A stretch of DNA of 64,000 nucleotides from an uncultured Spirochaetota bacterium (GTDB lineage: Bacteria; Spirochaetota; UBA4802; UBA5550): assembly GCA_963827275.1 (NCBI GenBank), contig CAWHAA010000008.1, positions 416,001 to 480,000 of the forward strand. Reading direction: 5' to 3'. A program made the position numbers and the translations under genes. Below, piece by piece: positions 48,175 to 57,905 of this stretch. Below the pieces are notes generated by a model, which did no database searches, was not told where the DNA came from, and saw only the letters and a program-made list of their open reading frames with translations. Every line of letters begins with the position of its first letter. Positions within the stretch are counted from its first letter, which is position 1.

Positions 48175-48954
48175 ATGGCCGACAAATGCTATTATGAAGT
48201 GAACGAGCGGGGCATCGCCCTTCTGAAGATCAGCAACCCGCCGATGAACGCGCTGGACGAGGAGACCATGCGCCAGCTGGAGAGCTCAATGAAAAAGATC
48301 GCGGCGGACGAGGCGGTCAAGGTCGTCGTCGTGACCGGCGAGGGCGCCACGTTCGTTGTCGGCGCGGATGTCAGCAAGGTGAAGGAGGTCGACACGAGGG
48401 AGAAGGGGGAGGCGCTGACATCGGAAGCGCAGGGCATCATAAACCTGATCGAAAATTTACGGAAGCCGGTGATCGCGGCGATCAACGGCCTGTGCCTCGG
48501 CGGCGGGACCGAGCTTGCCATGGCGTGCCATATCCGCTTCATCGGAGACCAGGCCCAGATGGGCCTCCCGGAAATACTGCTGGGCATCATGCCCGCCTTC
48601 GGCGGGACGCAGCGGGCCGCGCGGCTGCTCGGCACGGCGCGCGCCATGGAGATCATGCTGACCGGCAGGTTCCTGCCGGCGGCGGAATGCGACAGGATCG
48701 GCCTGGTGAACAGGGTCGTCCCCCACGCGACGCTGCTTGAAGAAGCGATGAAGTTCGCGAAGGAGCTCTCGTACAAGGGGAGCGTGGCAATGGGCGCGAT
48801 AATCGAGGCGGTGACCAGGGGCGCGGACATGCCGCTTGCCGAGGGGCTGAAGCTTGAGAGCAGGCTGTTCGGCAGGCTGGCAGAGACGGAGGACAAGAAA
48901 GAGGGCATAGCGGCGTTTCTGGAGAAGCGGCGGCCGAGTTTTAAAGGCAGATGA
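48175..48954 (+). CDS. Enoyl-CoA hydratase/isomerase (crotonase family)
   Basis: NPPMNAL, GADV, GGGTELAMAC, GLPEILLG, FLEKRRPSFKG. Confidence 0.94.
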   Translation: MADKCYYEVNERGIALLKISNPPMNALDEETMRQLESSMKKIAADEAVKVVVVTGEGATFVVGADVSKVKEVDTREKGEALTSEAQGIINLIENLRKPVIAAINGLCLGGGTELAMACHIRFIGDQAQMGLPEILLGIMPAFGGTQRAARLLGTARAMEIMLTGRFLPAAECDRIGLVNRVVPHATLLEEAMKFAKELSYKGSVAMGAIIEAVTRGADMPLAEGLKLESRLFGRLAETEDKKEGIAAFLEKRRPSFKGR

Positions 48955-49070
48955 GACAGATGCAGGCAATCACTCTATTCCGGAGCACGCGTTCCATGAG
49001 ATGTGCCGGGCATCTGAATGATGATGAGGACCTGGGGCTCAACGTCTGAAATTACAACAGGGGGAGTTCG

Positions 49071-50909
49071 ATGGATCTATCAGAAAAGACAATAAATGAT
49101 GTGTTCCGCAATCGTGTCACAAAGTACGGGGACCGGCTGGCGATCGAGAAAAAACTCCACGGCGTATGGGAAAGCGCGACATGGAACCAGTACTACGAGC
49201 GGGCCCGCGCGACGGGACTCGGACTGTATTCCCTTGGCATCAGGAAAGGGGAGATGGTCGCGATCCTGTCGGAAAACCGGCTCGAGTGGCTCTACACCGA
49301 TATGGGGAGCCTGGGGATCGGCGCTGTCGTGATACCGGTCTACCCGACCCTTGTTTCAGAGGAAGTCGAGTACCTCATCAACAACTCCGGATCGAAAATC
49401 ATCGTGGTGGAAAATAAGGCGCAGCTCAAGAAAGTGCTCGAGGTAGAGAGGAAGTGCCACTCCCTCGAGAAGATCGTCGTCATGGAAGAGAAGGACGCCG
49501 AAGGCCACGAGAAAGTCATGAGCTTCGGGGCCCTGATGGAATTGGGGCGCACAAAGCACGCTGAAGACCCGGCGCTCTTTGAAAAGCTGTCGAAAGAAGT
49601 GACGGTGGACGATCTTGCCACCCTCGTGTACACCTCGGGGACCACCGGGCTCCCCAAAGGGGCCATGATATCGCACGGCAATATATTCTGGGTCGTGCAA
49701 TCGCTCGACGCAATCACGCCGCATTTTGCATCCGACAGCGACTGCACGGTGCCGTTCCTCCCCCTCTCCCATGTCTTCGAACGGATCGCCGGGCATTTCT
49801 ACGGCATGTATTGCGGCATCACCTCTTCCTACGCGGAGAGCATCGATTCACTGCTGGCTGACTTCGAGGAGAAGCGGCCCACCATGATCCTGGCGGTCCC
49901 CCGCGTGTGCGAGAAGGTCTACCAGAAGATCATGGCGCAGGTGCGCGAGCAGTCCCCCTTTAAACAGAAGGTGTTTTTCTGGGGACAGAAGGTCGGCAAC
50001 CGGATCAGCCGCCGCCGCGAAAATCACAAGCGTATTCCCTTCCGGCTCAGGCTGGAATATAAAATAGCCTTCGCCATCATATTCAAAAAGCTCCAGGAAA
50101 AGCTGGGAGGGCGCGTCACCTGGATGACCGCGTCGGGGGCGCCCACCGCCGAGGAGATCATACGGTTTTTCAACGCCGCAGGCATTACCGTCATCTCGGG
50201 CTACGGCATGACCGAGACCACCGCGCCCGTCACCATGCAGTCTCTGGGCGACTACCGGATCGGGACCACGGGGAAGCCGATACCGGGGCAGGATATCAGG
50301 ATCGCCGACGACGGGGAAATCTTGATAAAAGGCGGCAATGTCATCAAGGGCTACTGGAAGCTTCCGGAGGAGACCGCAGACGCGTTCACGCCGGACGGCT
50401 ATTTCATGTCGGGCGATATCGGCATATTCGACGATGAGGGGAACCTCCTGATCACGGACCGCAAGAAGGACCTCATCATAACGTCGGGAGGCAAGAATGT
50501 CGCCCCGCAGAAGATCGAGGGCCTGTTCAAGTCTGACCCGCTCTTCACCCAGTTCATAGTCATCGGTGAAAGGAAAAAATACCTGACTGCGCTGTGCAAT
50601 ATCAACCTTGAGGAGGCGGTGAGGCTCGCCGGCATTGAGGGCGTCCCGTACAAGGAACCGGTTGATCTGCTGGAGAGCGACCGCTTCCTCGAAATCGTGA
50701 AGAAGCACGTCGCGGAGCGCAACACGCATCTGGCCAAGTATGAAACCATAAAGGACTATCGGATCGTCAAGAATGAATTTTCCCAGGAGGGGGGCGAGCT
50801 GACGCCGTCGCTGAAAGTGAAGCGCAAGGTCATCTTGCAGAAATACAAGGACCTTATCGATGAAATGTATGAACGGGAAGATATAGATGATCTGCACATG
50901 ATCAAATAG
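49071..50909 (+). CDS. Long-chain acyl-CoA synthetase
   Basis: YTSGTTGLPKG, FLPLSHVFER, GYGMTET, DRKKDLIITSGGKNVAP. Confidence 0.95.
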   Translation: MDLSEKTINDVFRNRVTKYGDRLAIEKKLHGVWESATWNQYYERARATGLGLYSLGIRKGEMVAILSENRLEWLYTDMGSLGIGAVVIPVYPTLVSEEVEYLINNSGSKIIVVENKAQLKKVLEVERKCHSLEKIVVMEEKDAEGHEKVMSFGALMELGRTKHAEDPALFEKLSKEVTVDDLATLVYTSGTTGLPKGAMISHGNIFWVVQSLDAITPHFASDSDCTVPFLPLSHVFERIAGHFYGMYCGITSSYAESIDSLLADFEEKRPTMILAVPRVCEKVYQKIMAQVREQSPFKQKVFFWGQKVGNRISRRRENHKRIPFRLRLEYKIAFAIIFKKLQEKLGGRVTWMTASGAPTAEEIIRFFNAAGITVISGYGMTETTAPVTMQSLGDYRIGTTGKPIPGQDIRIADDGEILIKGGNVIKGYWKLPEETADAFTPDGYFMSGDIGIFDDEGNLLITDRKKDLIITSGGKNVAPQKIEGLFKSDPLFTQFIVIGERKKYLTALCNINLEEAVRLAGIEGVPYKEPVDLLESDRFLEIVKKHVAERNTHLAKYETIKDYRIVKNEFSQEGGELTPSLKVKRKVILQKYKDLIDEMYEREDIDDLHMIK

Positions 50910-50973
50910 TCATGGCGCATGAGTTATCTGTACCGGCGCACAATGATATCCGTAGTGAGAAAGGAGACAGGTC

Positions 50974-51969
50974 ATGAACAATGCGGTTGAGCTGAAACAG
51001 GGCCAGAACCAGCTGTTTGCGGACCCCGATGCCGATAAGGCGAGGGAATTCTTCAGGCACAAGTCCCGCGCCATGGTGAGCAAGGTCACCACGGCGGAAG
51101 AGGCCGTCAGGTCGCTTCTGAAAGACGGGGACTATCTGGCCATTGGCGGCTTCGGGGCCAACAGGATCCCCACCGCGATACTGCACGAGATCGTACGCCA
51201 GGGAAGGAAGAACCTGGCCTTCGCCGGCCATACCGCGACCCACGACATGCAGATCCTGGTCGGCGGAGACTGCATCGACCGGCTGGACATCGCCTATATC
51301 ATAGGGCTGGAGGCGCGGGGCCTTTCGCCAAACTCGCGTCGTGCCGTTGAGAGCGGAAAGATCAAGCTCACGGAGTGGACCAACGCGACGCTCTCGTGGC
51401 GCATCAAGGCCGCGGCCATGGGGCTTTCATTCATCCCGGCGCGGAACATCATGGGGACCGATACCTTCAAGTACAGCGCCGGGAAGGAGATCATCTGCCC
51501 CTTTACGGGCCAGAAATACGTCGCGCATCCGGCGCTCTATCCGGATTTCGCGGCCATCCATGTCCATGAGTGCGACATCTACGGCAATGCCCACGTGTAC
51601 GGGTCGTCCGTATCCGACCAGGACCTGGCCAGGGCGTCAAAGCGGGTCGTGCTCACCACGGAGCGGATCATCCCCAACGAAGAGATCAGGCGCCAGCCGC
51701 ACGCGACGTTCATCCCCTTCTGGTGCGTCGACGCGGTGGTGGAGGTCCCCTACGGGAGCTACCCGGGGAACATGCCGTACGAGTATTTTTCCGACGAGGA
51801 GCACATCCGGCAGTGGCTGAGCATCGAGAAGGACCCGGAGGAATTCAGGAAGTTTTTCAAGAAACAGATCCTTGACACGAAGAATTTCAATGAATATCTG
51901 GAGCTGAACGGCGGCATTGAAAAGATGCTGAAGCTGCGCTCCATCGAGCTTCTGACGAACAAGAGATAA
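50974..51969 (+). CDS. Family I CoA transferase subunit A (GctA-like)
   Basis: IGGFG, AAAMGLSFIP, CPFTG, DAVVEVPYGSYP. Confidence 0.9.
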   Translation: MNNAVELKQGQNQLFADPDADKAREFFRHKSRAMVSKVTTAEEAVRSLLKDGDYLAIGGFGANRIPTAILHEIVRQGRKNLAFAGHTATHDMQILVGGDCIDRLDIAYIIGLEARGLSPNSRRAVESGKIKLTEWTNATLSWRIKAAAMGLSFIPARNIMGTDTFKYSAGKEIICPFTGQKYVAHPALYPDFAAIHVHECDIYGNAHVYGSSVSDQDLARASKRVVLTTERIIPNEEIRRQPHATFIPFWCVDAVVEVPYGSYPGNMPYEYFSDEEHIRQWLSIEKDPEEFRKFFKKQILDTKNFNEYLELNGGIEKMLKLRSIELLTNKR

Positions 51970-51980
51970 GGAGAACTGAG

Positions 51981-52751
51981 ATGGCGGACTATAACCCTAT
52001 GGAATTGATGATATGCGTCGCGGCGCGCAACCTCGAGGACGGCGCCACCGTCGTCGTCGGCACCGGCGCGCCCTGCGCCGCCGCGATGCTGGCGCAGAAG
52101 ACGCACTCGCCGAACCTCTGCATCATGTTCGAGGCGGGCGGCGTCGCGCCGATACTGCCGTCCATGCCGATATCGGTGGGCGATTCGCGCACTTTTCACC
52201 GGGCGATCCTGGCCAGCTCCATGCCCGACATCATGGAGACCTGCCAGCGCGGGATGGTCGACTACACGTTCCTCGGCGGGGCGCAGATCGACATGTACGG
52301 GAACATCAACTCGACCATGATCGGGGATGACCACGCGAAGCCGAAGGTGCGCTTTCCCGGGTCGGGCGGGGCCAACGACCTCGCCTCCCTCTGCTGGCGG
52401 ACGATGATGATGACGCCGCAGGACGCGAAGCGCTTCACCGAAAAGATCAATTTCATCACGTCGCCCGGCTACCTGACCGGCGGCAACTCCCGGTACGAGG
52501 CGGGCCTTCCCCGGGGGACCGGCCCCTACCGGATCATCACCAACATGGCGATCATGGGCTTCGAGGAACAATCGAAGCGGATGAAGGTCCTCAGCGTCAA
52601 CCCCGGCTACAGCCGGAAGGACATCCAGGACAATTGCGGGTTCGAGCTCCTCTGGGCGGACAAGATCACCGAGACCGCCCACCCCGACGCGGATGAGCTG
52701 CGCATACTCCGTGAAGATGTCGATCCGAACAGGTATATTATAGGAAGATAG
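51981..52751 (+). CDS. Family I CoA transferase subunit B (GctB-like)
   Basis: MFEAG catalytic Glu, GGAQIDMYGNINST, PGSGGAND. Confidence 0.9.
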   Translation: MADYNPMELMICVAARNLEDGATVVVGTGAPCAAAMLAQKTHSPNLCIMFEAGGVAPILPSMPISVGDSRTFHRAILASSMPDIMETCQRGMVDYTFLGGAQIDMYGNINSTMIGDDHAKPKVRFPGSGGANDLASLCWRTMMMTPQDAKRFTEKINFITSPGYLTGGNSRYEAGLPRGTGPYRIITNMAIMGFEEQSKRMKVLSVNPGYSRKDIQDNCGFELLWADKITETAHPDADELRILREDVDPNRYIIGR

Positions 52752-52765
52752 CGAGGAGAAGAGCC

Positions 52766-53233
52766 ATGTCCGATCAATTCAAAGGCATCGAGCCGATGGT
52801 GTACGGCAGCAAGATCAACGTCCCCTATTCGTGGTGGGCGGGCGATACGGCGAGCAGGTTTTTTGTGTCGCTGCGCGATGAAAAGAAGATAACCGGGACG
52901 AAGTGCGGCGCGTGCGGCAGGGTGTTTATCCCGCCCCGGAAGGTCTGCCCGGCGTGCTTCACCGAGAACGCGGAGTGGGTGGACGTGTCCGGCGAGGGCA
53001 CGGTCGTGAGTTTTTCGGTGGCCCGGCGGCAGTTTGCCGCCATCCCTCACGACAAAAAAGCACCTGTCATATGGGGGCTGATCAGGCTCGACGGGGCCGA
53101 CACCGCCCTGCTGCACTACCTCGGCGACGTGAAGCCGGAAGACGTATCCATCGGCATGCGCGTGCAGGCGGTGTTCGCGGAAACGAGGAAGGGCACCATA
53201 CGCGACATCTCGCATTTTAAACCGGTGAAGTAA
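52766..53233 (+). CDS. DUF35 Zn-ribbon/OB-fold protein
   Basis: CGACGRVFIPPRKVCPAC, IRLDGAD, IGMRVQAVF. Confidence 0.92.
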   Translation: MSDQFKGIEPMVYGSKINVPYSWWAGDTASRFFVSLRDEKKITGTKCGACGRVFIPPRKVCPACFTENAEWVDVSGEGTVVSFSVARRQFAAIPHDKKAPVIWGLIRLDGADTALLHYLGDVKPEDVSIGMRVQAVFAETRKGTIRDISHFKPVK

Positions 53234-53246
53234 GGAAGGAGCAGAT

Positions 53247-54392
53247 ATGGACAGAGCGGCGATAATCGGCGTCGGCATGACAAGCATTGAAAAGAGAAAG
53301 GTCCGGGAGACCTTCGCGGACATGGCCTGGCAGGCGGTGAACAGGGCCCTGGACGACGCGGGGATGACCATCGACGATATTGACAACGTGGTGACCACCT
53401 CCAGCGACTTCTGGGACGGCAGGACGATCTCCTGCATGGCCGTCGGCGACGCCAGCGGCGCGGCGCACAAGAACGTCTCCTGCGTCGAGGGGGACGGCAC
53501 CTATGGGGCGTTTTACGGCATGACCAGGAGCCTTTCCGGATCGTACCGGACCACCCTGGTGACCGGGCATTCGAAAGGCTCCGAGAGCATTTCGAGCCTC
53601 ATCACGAATTCGGCCTTTGACCCGATATACGAGCGGGGGCTGGGCATGGACATGGTCACCGCGTGCGCGATGCAGGCGCGCTCCTACATGCACCGGACGA
53701 AAACGACGCCGGAGCAGATGGCGATGGTGTCGGTGAAGAACCACGGCAACGCGCTGAAGAACCCGCTGGCGCAGCTTCCGATGAAGATCACGGTGGATGA
53801 CGTGCTGAAATCAGAGATGGTGGCGGACCCGCTCCGCAAACTCGACTGCTCCCCGGTTTCCGACGGGTGCGCGGCGGTCATCATCGCCCACGAATCGGCG
53901 GCGACGGGCTTCAGGCAGAAACCGGTCTGGATCAGGGGCGTCTCGTTCTGCGCGGACAGCTTTTTCTTCGGTGACCGGGACCTGTCCCGCGCCCGGTCGC
54001 TTACCGCGGCGGCGAAGAAGGCCTATGCGATGGCGGGCATCAGGGACCCGAAAAAAGAGATCGATGTTGCGGAAGTGTACGACGCCTTCACCTATCAGGA
54101 ACTGATGTGGCTCGAGGAGATGGGTCTCGCTGATGATGCGACGGCGGGGAAGCTCCTCGAAAAAGGGGAATTTAACATGGACGGCAGGCTCCCGGTGAAC
54201 GCCTCCGGCGGGCGCCTCTCGGGGCACCCTGTCATAGCCGCCGGTCTCTACGGCATGGCCGCGGTCGTGAAGCAGATCAGGGGCGACGCCGGCGGCTACC
54301 AGGTGAAAAAGGCGAAGACGGGTCTTGTCCACGGCGTGAACGGCCTCGGGGGCCAGTCCCACTGCGTGTGGATTCTTGACAAGGACAGGTAG
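53247..54392 (+). CDS. Thiolase-fold protein, Ltp4-like
   Basis: SSDFWDGRTIS, VSCVEGDG, SPVSDG, YDAF, SGHP. Confidence 0.88.
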   Translation: MDRAAIIGVGMTSIEKRKVRETFADMAWQAVNRALDDAGMTIDDIDNVVTTSSDFWDGRTISCMAVGDASGAAHKNVSCVEGDGTYGAFYGMTRSLSGSYRTTLVTGHSKGSESISSLITNSAFDPIYERGLGMDMVTACAMQARSYMHRTKTTPEQMAMVSVKNHGNALKNPLAQLPMKITVDDVLKSEMVADPLRKLDCSPVSDGCAAVIIAHESAATGFRQKPVWIRGVSFCADSFFFGDRDLSRARSLTAAAKKAYAMAGIRDPKKEIDVAEVYDAFTYQELMWLEEMGLADDATAGKLLEKGEFNMDGRLPVNASGGRLSGHPVIAAGLYGMAAVVKQIRGDAGGYQVKKAKTGLVHGVNGLGGQSHCVWILDKDR

Positions 54393-54403
54393 GAGGAAGA
54401 ACC

Positions 54404-55561
54404 ATGGCGAAACGAGTCGCGATTGTAGGGACCGGGCAGACCTTCCACAAGAGCCACCGCCCGGACGTGAACGGCCAGGAACTCATCAACGAGGCGGTCG
54501 TGCGGGCGCTCAACGACGCGGATTTGAAAATGAAGGACATCGATGCGATAGTTATCGGCAACATGGACCACTTCGAGGGGATCAATTACGTCGACTGCTG
54601 GAGCGTTGACGGCTCCGGCGGGACCATGAAGCCGATCATAAAGCTGACCACCGGCGGCACCACCGGCTGCACCGTCGCCATCGGCGGATACCACCTGGTG
54701 GGCTCCGGCATGTTCGAGAGGGTGCTGGTCATCGGCTGGGAGAAGAACTCTGAATCCGATACCACCGGCGCCATCACCACGGCCTTTGACCCGATATGGG
54801 ACCGGCTGGTGTTCGCCGGGGCGATTTCGGGGCTGGCGGCGGAGGCGCAGGCCTACATGGCCCGCTACGGCGCCTCCGACCGTGACGGCGCGCGCGTCAG
54901 CGTCCGGGACCGAAAGCACGCGATGAACAATCCCCATGCTCAGCTCAGGAAGGAAGTCACCATCGATGAGGTGCTCGCGTCCCCGATGCTGGCGGACCCG
55001 ATACACTTGCTGGACGTGTGCCCCCGCACCGACGGCGCCTGCGCGGTCATCATGGCGAGCGAGGACGTCGCCGAAACGATATGCCCGAAGCCGGACTGGA
55101 TCTGGGCCACGGCGGCGCGCCATTCATACAGCTACCTGGGCGACGCGGATTACGGCCGCCTGACGAGCATGCGCGAAGGCTCGCAGGAGCTCTGGAAGAA
55201 GGCGGGGATCAGCGAGCCCCGCAAGGAGCTTGATGTCATCGAAATGTACCAGCCGTACTCCTTCGGCGGGCTGATCTGGATCGAGGACATGGGGATCGTC
55301 GGCCCCGGGGAGGCGCCCCGATACATATGGGACGGGAACACCGACATGGGCGGCGAGCTCCCCATCAACCCGTCGGGCGGCGTCATTGCGACCAACCCGA
55401 TAGGGGCGACCGGCCTCATCCGCTGCGCGGAAGCGGCGATGCAGGTGATGGGCAGGGCCGGGGGACGGCAGGTGCCGGACGTGAATTTCGCCTTCAGCAG
55501 CGGCTTCGGCGGTTGCTGGTGGACCGATATGATCCTGCACGGGAAGAAGAAGCCTAAGTGA
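54404..55561 (+). CDS. Thiolase-fold protein, Ltp3-like
   Basis: GTGQT, LTTGGTTG, WEKNSES, NPSGGVIATNPIGATG. Confidence 0.88.
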   Translation: MAKRVAIVGTGQTFHKSHRPDVNGQELINEAVVRALNDADLKMKDIDAIVIGNMDHFEGINYVDCWSVDGSGGTMKPIIKLTTGGTTGCTVAIGGYHLVGSGMFERVLVIGWEKNSESDTTGAITTAFDPIWDRLVFAGAISGLAAEAQAYMARYGASDRDGARVSVRDRKHAMNNPHAQLRKEVTIDEVLASPMLADPIHLLDVCPRTDGACAVIMASEDVAETICPKPDWIWATAARHSYSYLGDADYGRLTSMREGSQELWKKAGISEPRKELDVIEMYQPYSFGGLIWIEDMGIVGPGEAPRYIWDGNTDMGGELPINPSGGVIATNPIGATGLIRCAEAAMQVMGRAGGRQVPDVNFAFSSGFGGCWWTDMILHGKKKPK

Positions 55562-55573
55562 TAGATGCCGAGT

Positions 55574-55658
55574 TCCCCTCCCTTGATGGGAGGGAATAGG
55601 GGAGGGTGATAATCCATAGTACACCCCCACCCGGCCTCCCCCATCGAGGGGGAGGGGA
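55574..55658. repeat. REP/REPIN-like inverted doublet
   Basis: TCCCCTCCCTTGATGGGAGGG..GGGGAGGGTG, 13-nt spacer, CACCCCCACCC..CCTCCCCCATCGAGGGGGAGGGGA. Confidence 0.75.
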
Positions 55659-55676
55659 TACATAGGAGGAGTTTCC

Positions 55677-56141
55677 ATGGCAGATAACGAGCATATCATC
55701 ATAGAATCAGGCGATGCGGTCCAGCCCTTCGAGTATTCCGTCGGGATGCACGGGAGCAGGTTTTTCACCGAGATCCGGGACAACAGGCGCTTCATGGGGC
55801 TCAGGTGCCCCAGGTGCAAAAAAGTATATATCCCGCCGCGCGGCGTGTGCGGCCACTGTTTCGCCGAGATGGACGAATGGGTCGAGGTGGGGCCGAAAGG
55901 CGTCATCGGCACCTTCACCATCCTCCGCTTCGCTTTCATCGACCCGGAGACGGGCGCGCAGAAGCCGGTGCCCTACGGCTACGGCTTCATAAAGCTTGAC
56001 GGCGCCGATACCCTGTTCCAGCATTACATCAGCGTCGAGGACGAGAAGAAGATCAGGGTCGGCGCCAGGGTTGAGCCGGTATTCGCGAAGAATCCCAGGG
56101 GCAGCATACGTGACATCGAGTATTTTAAAGTGATAGATTGA
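55677..56141 (+). CDS. DUF35 Zn-ribbon/OB-fold protein
   Basis: CPRCKKVYIPPRGVCGHC, IKLDGAD, VGARVEPVF. Confidence 0.92.
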   Translation: MADNEHIIIESGDAVQPFEYSVGMHGSRFFTEIRDNRRFMGLRCPRCKKVYIPPRGVCGHCFAEMDEWVEVGPKGVIGTFTILRFAFIDPETGAQKPVPYGYGFIKLDGADTLFQHYISVEDEKKIRVGARVEPVFAKNPRGSIRDIEYFKVID

Positions 56142-57040
56142 CGGTAATGGGAGAGTCACCACACGTGAGGATCAATCCATCGAAACGGATTGTGAAGATG
56201 CCGGGGGCAGTGTGCGGCGGGATCAGCACCGGCTCGGAAAAGATCAGGAGCGGCTACGGCAACGGCGATTGCCTGTACGCGGACTTCGGGCACCTGGTCT
56301 TCGCCGTGGCCGACGGATCCGAGCGCTTCCCCTGGGCGTCACGGGACCTTCTGGTCCGGTTATCGGAGCGCCTTGACAGGGACGGCGCGCCCGCTACGGC
56401 GCAGGGCTGGAAGGACCTGGTCAACACCGGGGTCTATGCCGGCCAGAAGTACCAGCATAAGACGACCTTCAGCTGCATCGCCGTCAGGCCCTCGGAGGAG
56501 GGCGTCTCCCTGGTCGTTTCGCACGGCGGCGACAGCGTGGTGACGGTGATCGACAGCGCCACCGGGGCGATATGCCACCAGACCGGCCGCGACATGAATT
56601 TTGCCGGGAGGAGTAAAGAGATCACCGACGTGACTGAATATCATACGGCGGACCGCAACTGCAGGGTGCTTGTGTCAACGGACGGGTTCGACGATGTGTG
56701 GCGCTTCTGTCTGCGGCGGTCGCTCCTGGGCAGCGCGAGCGAGGTTTTTTCACGGTACCCGGTGGACCGCATCTGCGAGGCCATCCTCGGCATACTCGAG
56801 GAGCACCGGGACGGGTTCGAGCACGATGACATCGGGTTTATCGTCATCGATCCGTTCCGCGTGGAGCGGATCCCCGGAACGGCGGTGCTCATCGGCGGGA
56901 CGCGGCCCCACGACGAACAGCGGTTCCGGTTGGAATACGCAGTCGGATCGCATGACGTATGGGTGCCGGCGGGGCAGTGGGGTGATTCAGCCGGGGTGTT
57001 CGCCGGAGCCGGGATTCAGGCGCATGCGCCGGGGCGATGA
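56138..57040 (+). CDS. PPM/PP2C-like phosphatase domain protein
   Basis: AVADG, HGGDS, STDG, HDDI motifs. Confidence 0.75.
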   Translation: MTVMGESPHVRINPSKRIVKMPGAVCGGISTGSEKIRSGYGNGDCLYADFGHLVFAVADGSERFPWASRDLLVRLSERLDRDGAPATAQGWKDLVNTGVYAGQKYQHKTTFSCIAVRPSEEGVSLVVSHGGDSVVTVIDSATGAICHQTGRDMNFAGRSKEITDVTEYHTADRNCRVLVSTDGFDDVWRFCLRRSLLGSASEVFSRYPVDRICEAILGILEEHRDGFEHDDIGFIVIDPFRVERIPGTAVLIGGTRPHDEQRFRLEYAVGSHDVWVPAGQWGDSAGVFAGAGIQAHAPGR

Positions 57041-57123
57041 CTGCGCCGCAGGGGGATGTAACATGGGTCGGTTCACAGGGGGGAGGAAGATATATATTAT
57101 TCCAATGGAGTGTTTGGGCAGCC

Positions 57124-57738
57124 ATGAGTGAACGGAACAAGAGCGATATTATCAACCTCAGGCGGAACCAGCTTATCAGGGCGGCGTACAAGGTCGTGGG
57201 GCAAAAGGGGTATTATGATTTCACGATACGCGATATTGCCCGCGAAGCGAACCTGTCGACGGGGCTGGTGCATTATTATTTCAAGAACAAGGAAGACCTG
57301 CTGCTGAACCTGCTGAAGGAGATAAACAGGAACATGCTGGTCATCCTCAACCGTTCCATCGGCACGGCCGAAGACCCGCGGGAGAAGCTGGCTATCTTCA
57401 TGAAGCAGGCCTTTGACCTGGTTGAGAATGAGAAGGATTATTTCTACATCGTTATCGATTTCTGGACGCAGGTGAATAAAAACGACCGCATGAAGCGCGC
57501 GAACATCAAGCTCTTCAAGAGCTACCGCGACGAGATCGCAAAGATCCTGAAAGAGGGCATTGACCGGGGCGTGTTTGTGAAGATGGACGTCAATTATACG
57601 TCCGCGGTCATCATCTCCATCATACAGGGATTGATCATACAGTTTGTCATTGATAATAACGCGTTTGACTACAAGGAGTTCTCAAAGCGGGTGATGAAGC
57701 ATGTCAATGACCTGGTGCACAAGAAGAAGCAGGGGTAA
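57124..57738 (+). CDS. TetR/AcrR family regulator
   Basis: TIRDIAREANLSTGLVHYYFKNKEDL. Confidence 0.95.
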   Translation: MSERNKSDIINLRRNQLIRAAYKVVGQKGYYDFTIRDIAREANLSTGLVHYYFKNKEDLLLNLLKEINRNMLVILNRSIGTAEDPREKLAIFMKQAFDLVENEKDYFYIVIDFWTQVNKNDRMKRANIKLFKSYRDEIAKILKEGIDRGVFVKMDVNYTSAVIISIIQGLIIQFVIDNNAFDYKEFSKRVMKHVNDLVHKKKQG

Positions 57739-57752
57739 AGAAGAGTAACGGC

Positions 57753-57776
57753 GCCGCCCCGGCAAGCCGGGGCGGC
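57753..57776 (+). terminator. GC hairpin after tetR
   Basis: GCCGCCCCGGC-AA-GCCGGGGCGGC; no U tract. Confidence 0.5.
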
Positions 57777-57794
57777 TGCTGCCGCGTTCGATAA

Positions 57795-57814
57795 TTGGTT
57801 GAACGATCAACCGA
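57795..57814. promoter_or_regulatory. Palindromic operator copy 3
   Basis: TTGGTTGA-ACGA-TCAACCGA, same layout as 42230 and 42353. Confidence 0.65.
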
Positions 57815-57905
57815 AATTCGATACGCGGTGCAGGCGTCATCCCGGCGGATGACAGAGAGAGGGAGAAATCCCGGGCAAATCAAGCTATCGTCACAGGAGG
57901 ACACA

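Noticed and set aside
50974..52751. IpdAB steroid ring-cleaving hydrolase
   Set aside because: The beta subunit keeps the family I catalytic Glu (FEAG) and resembles GctAB
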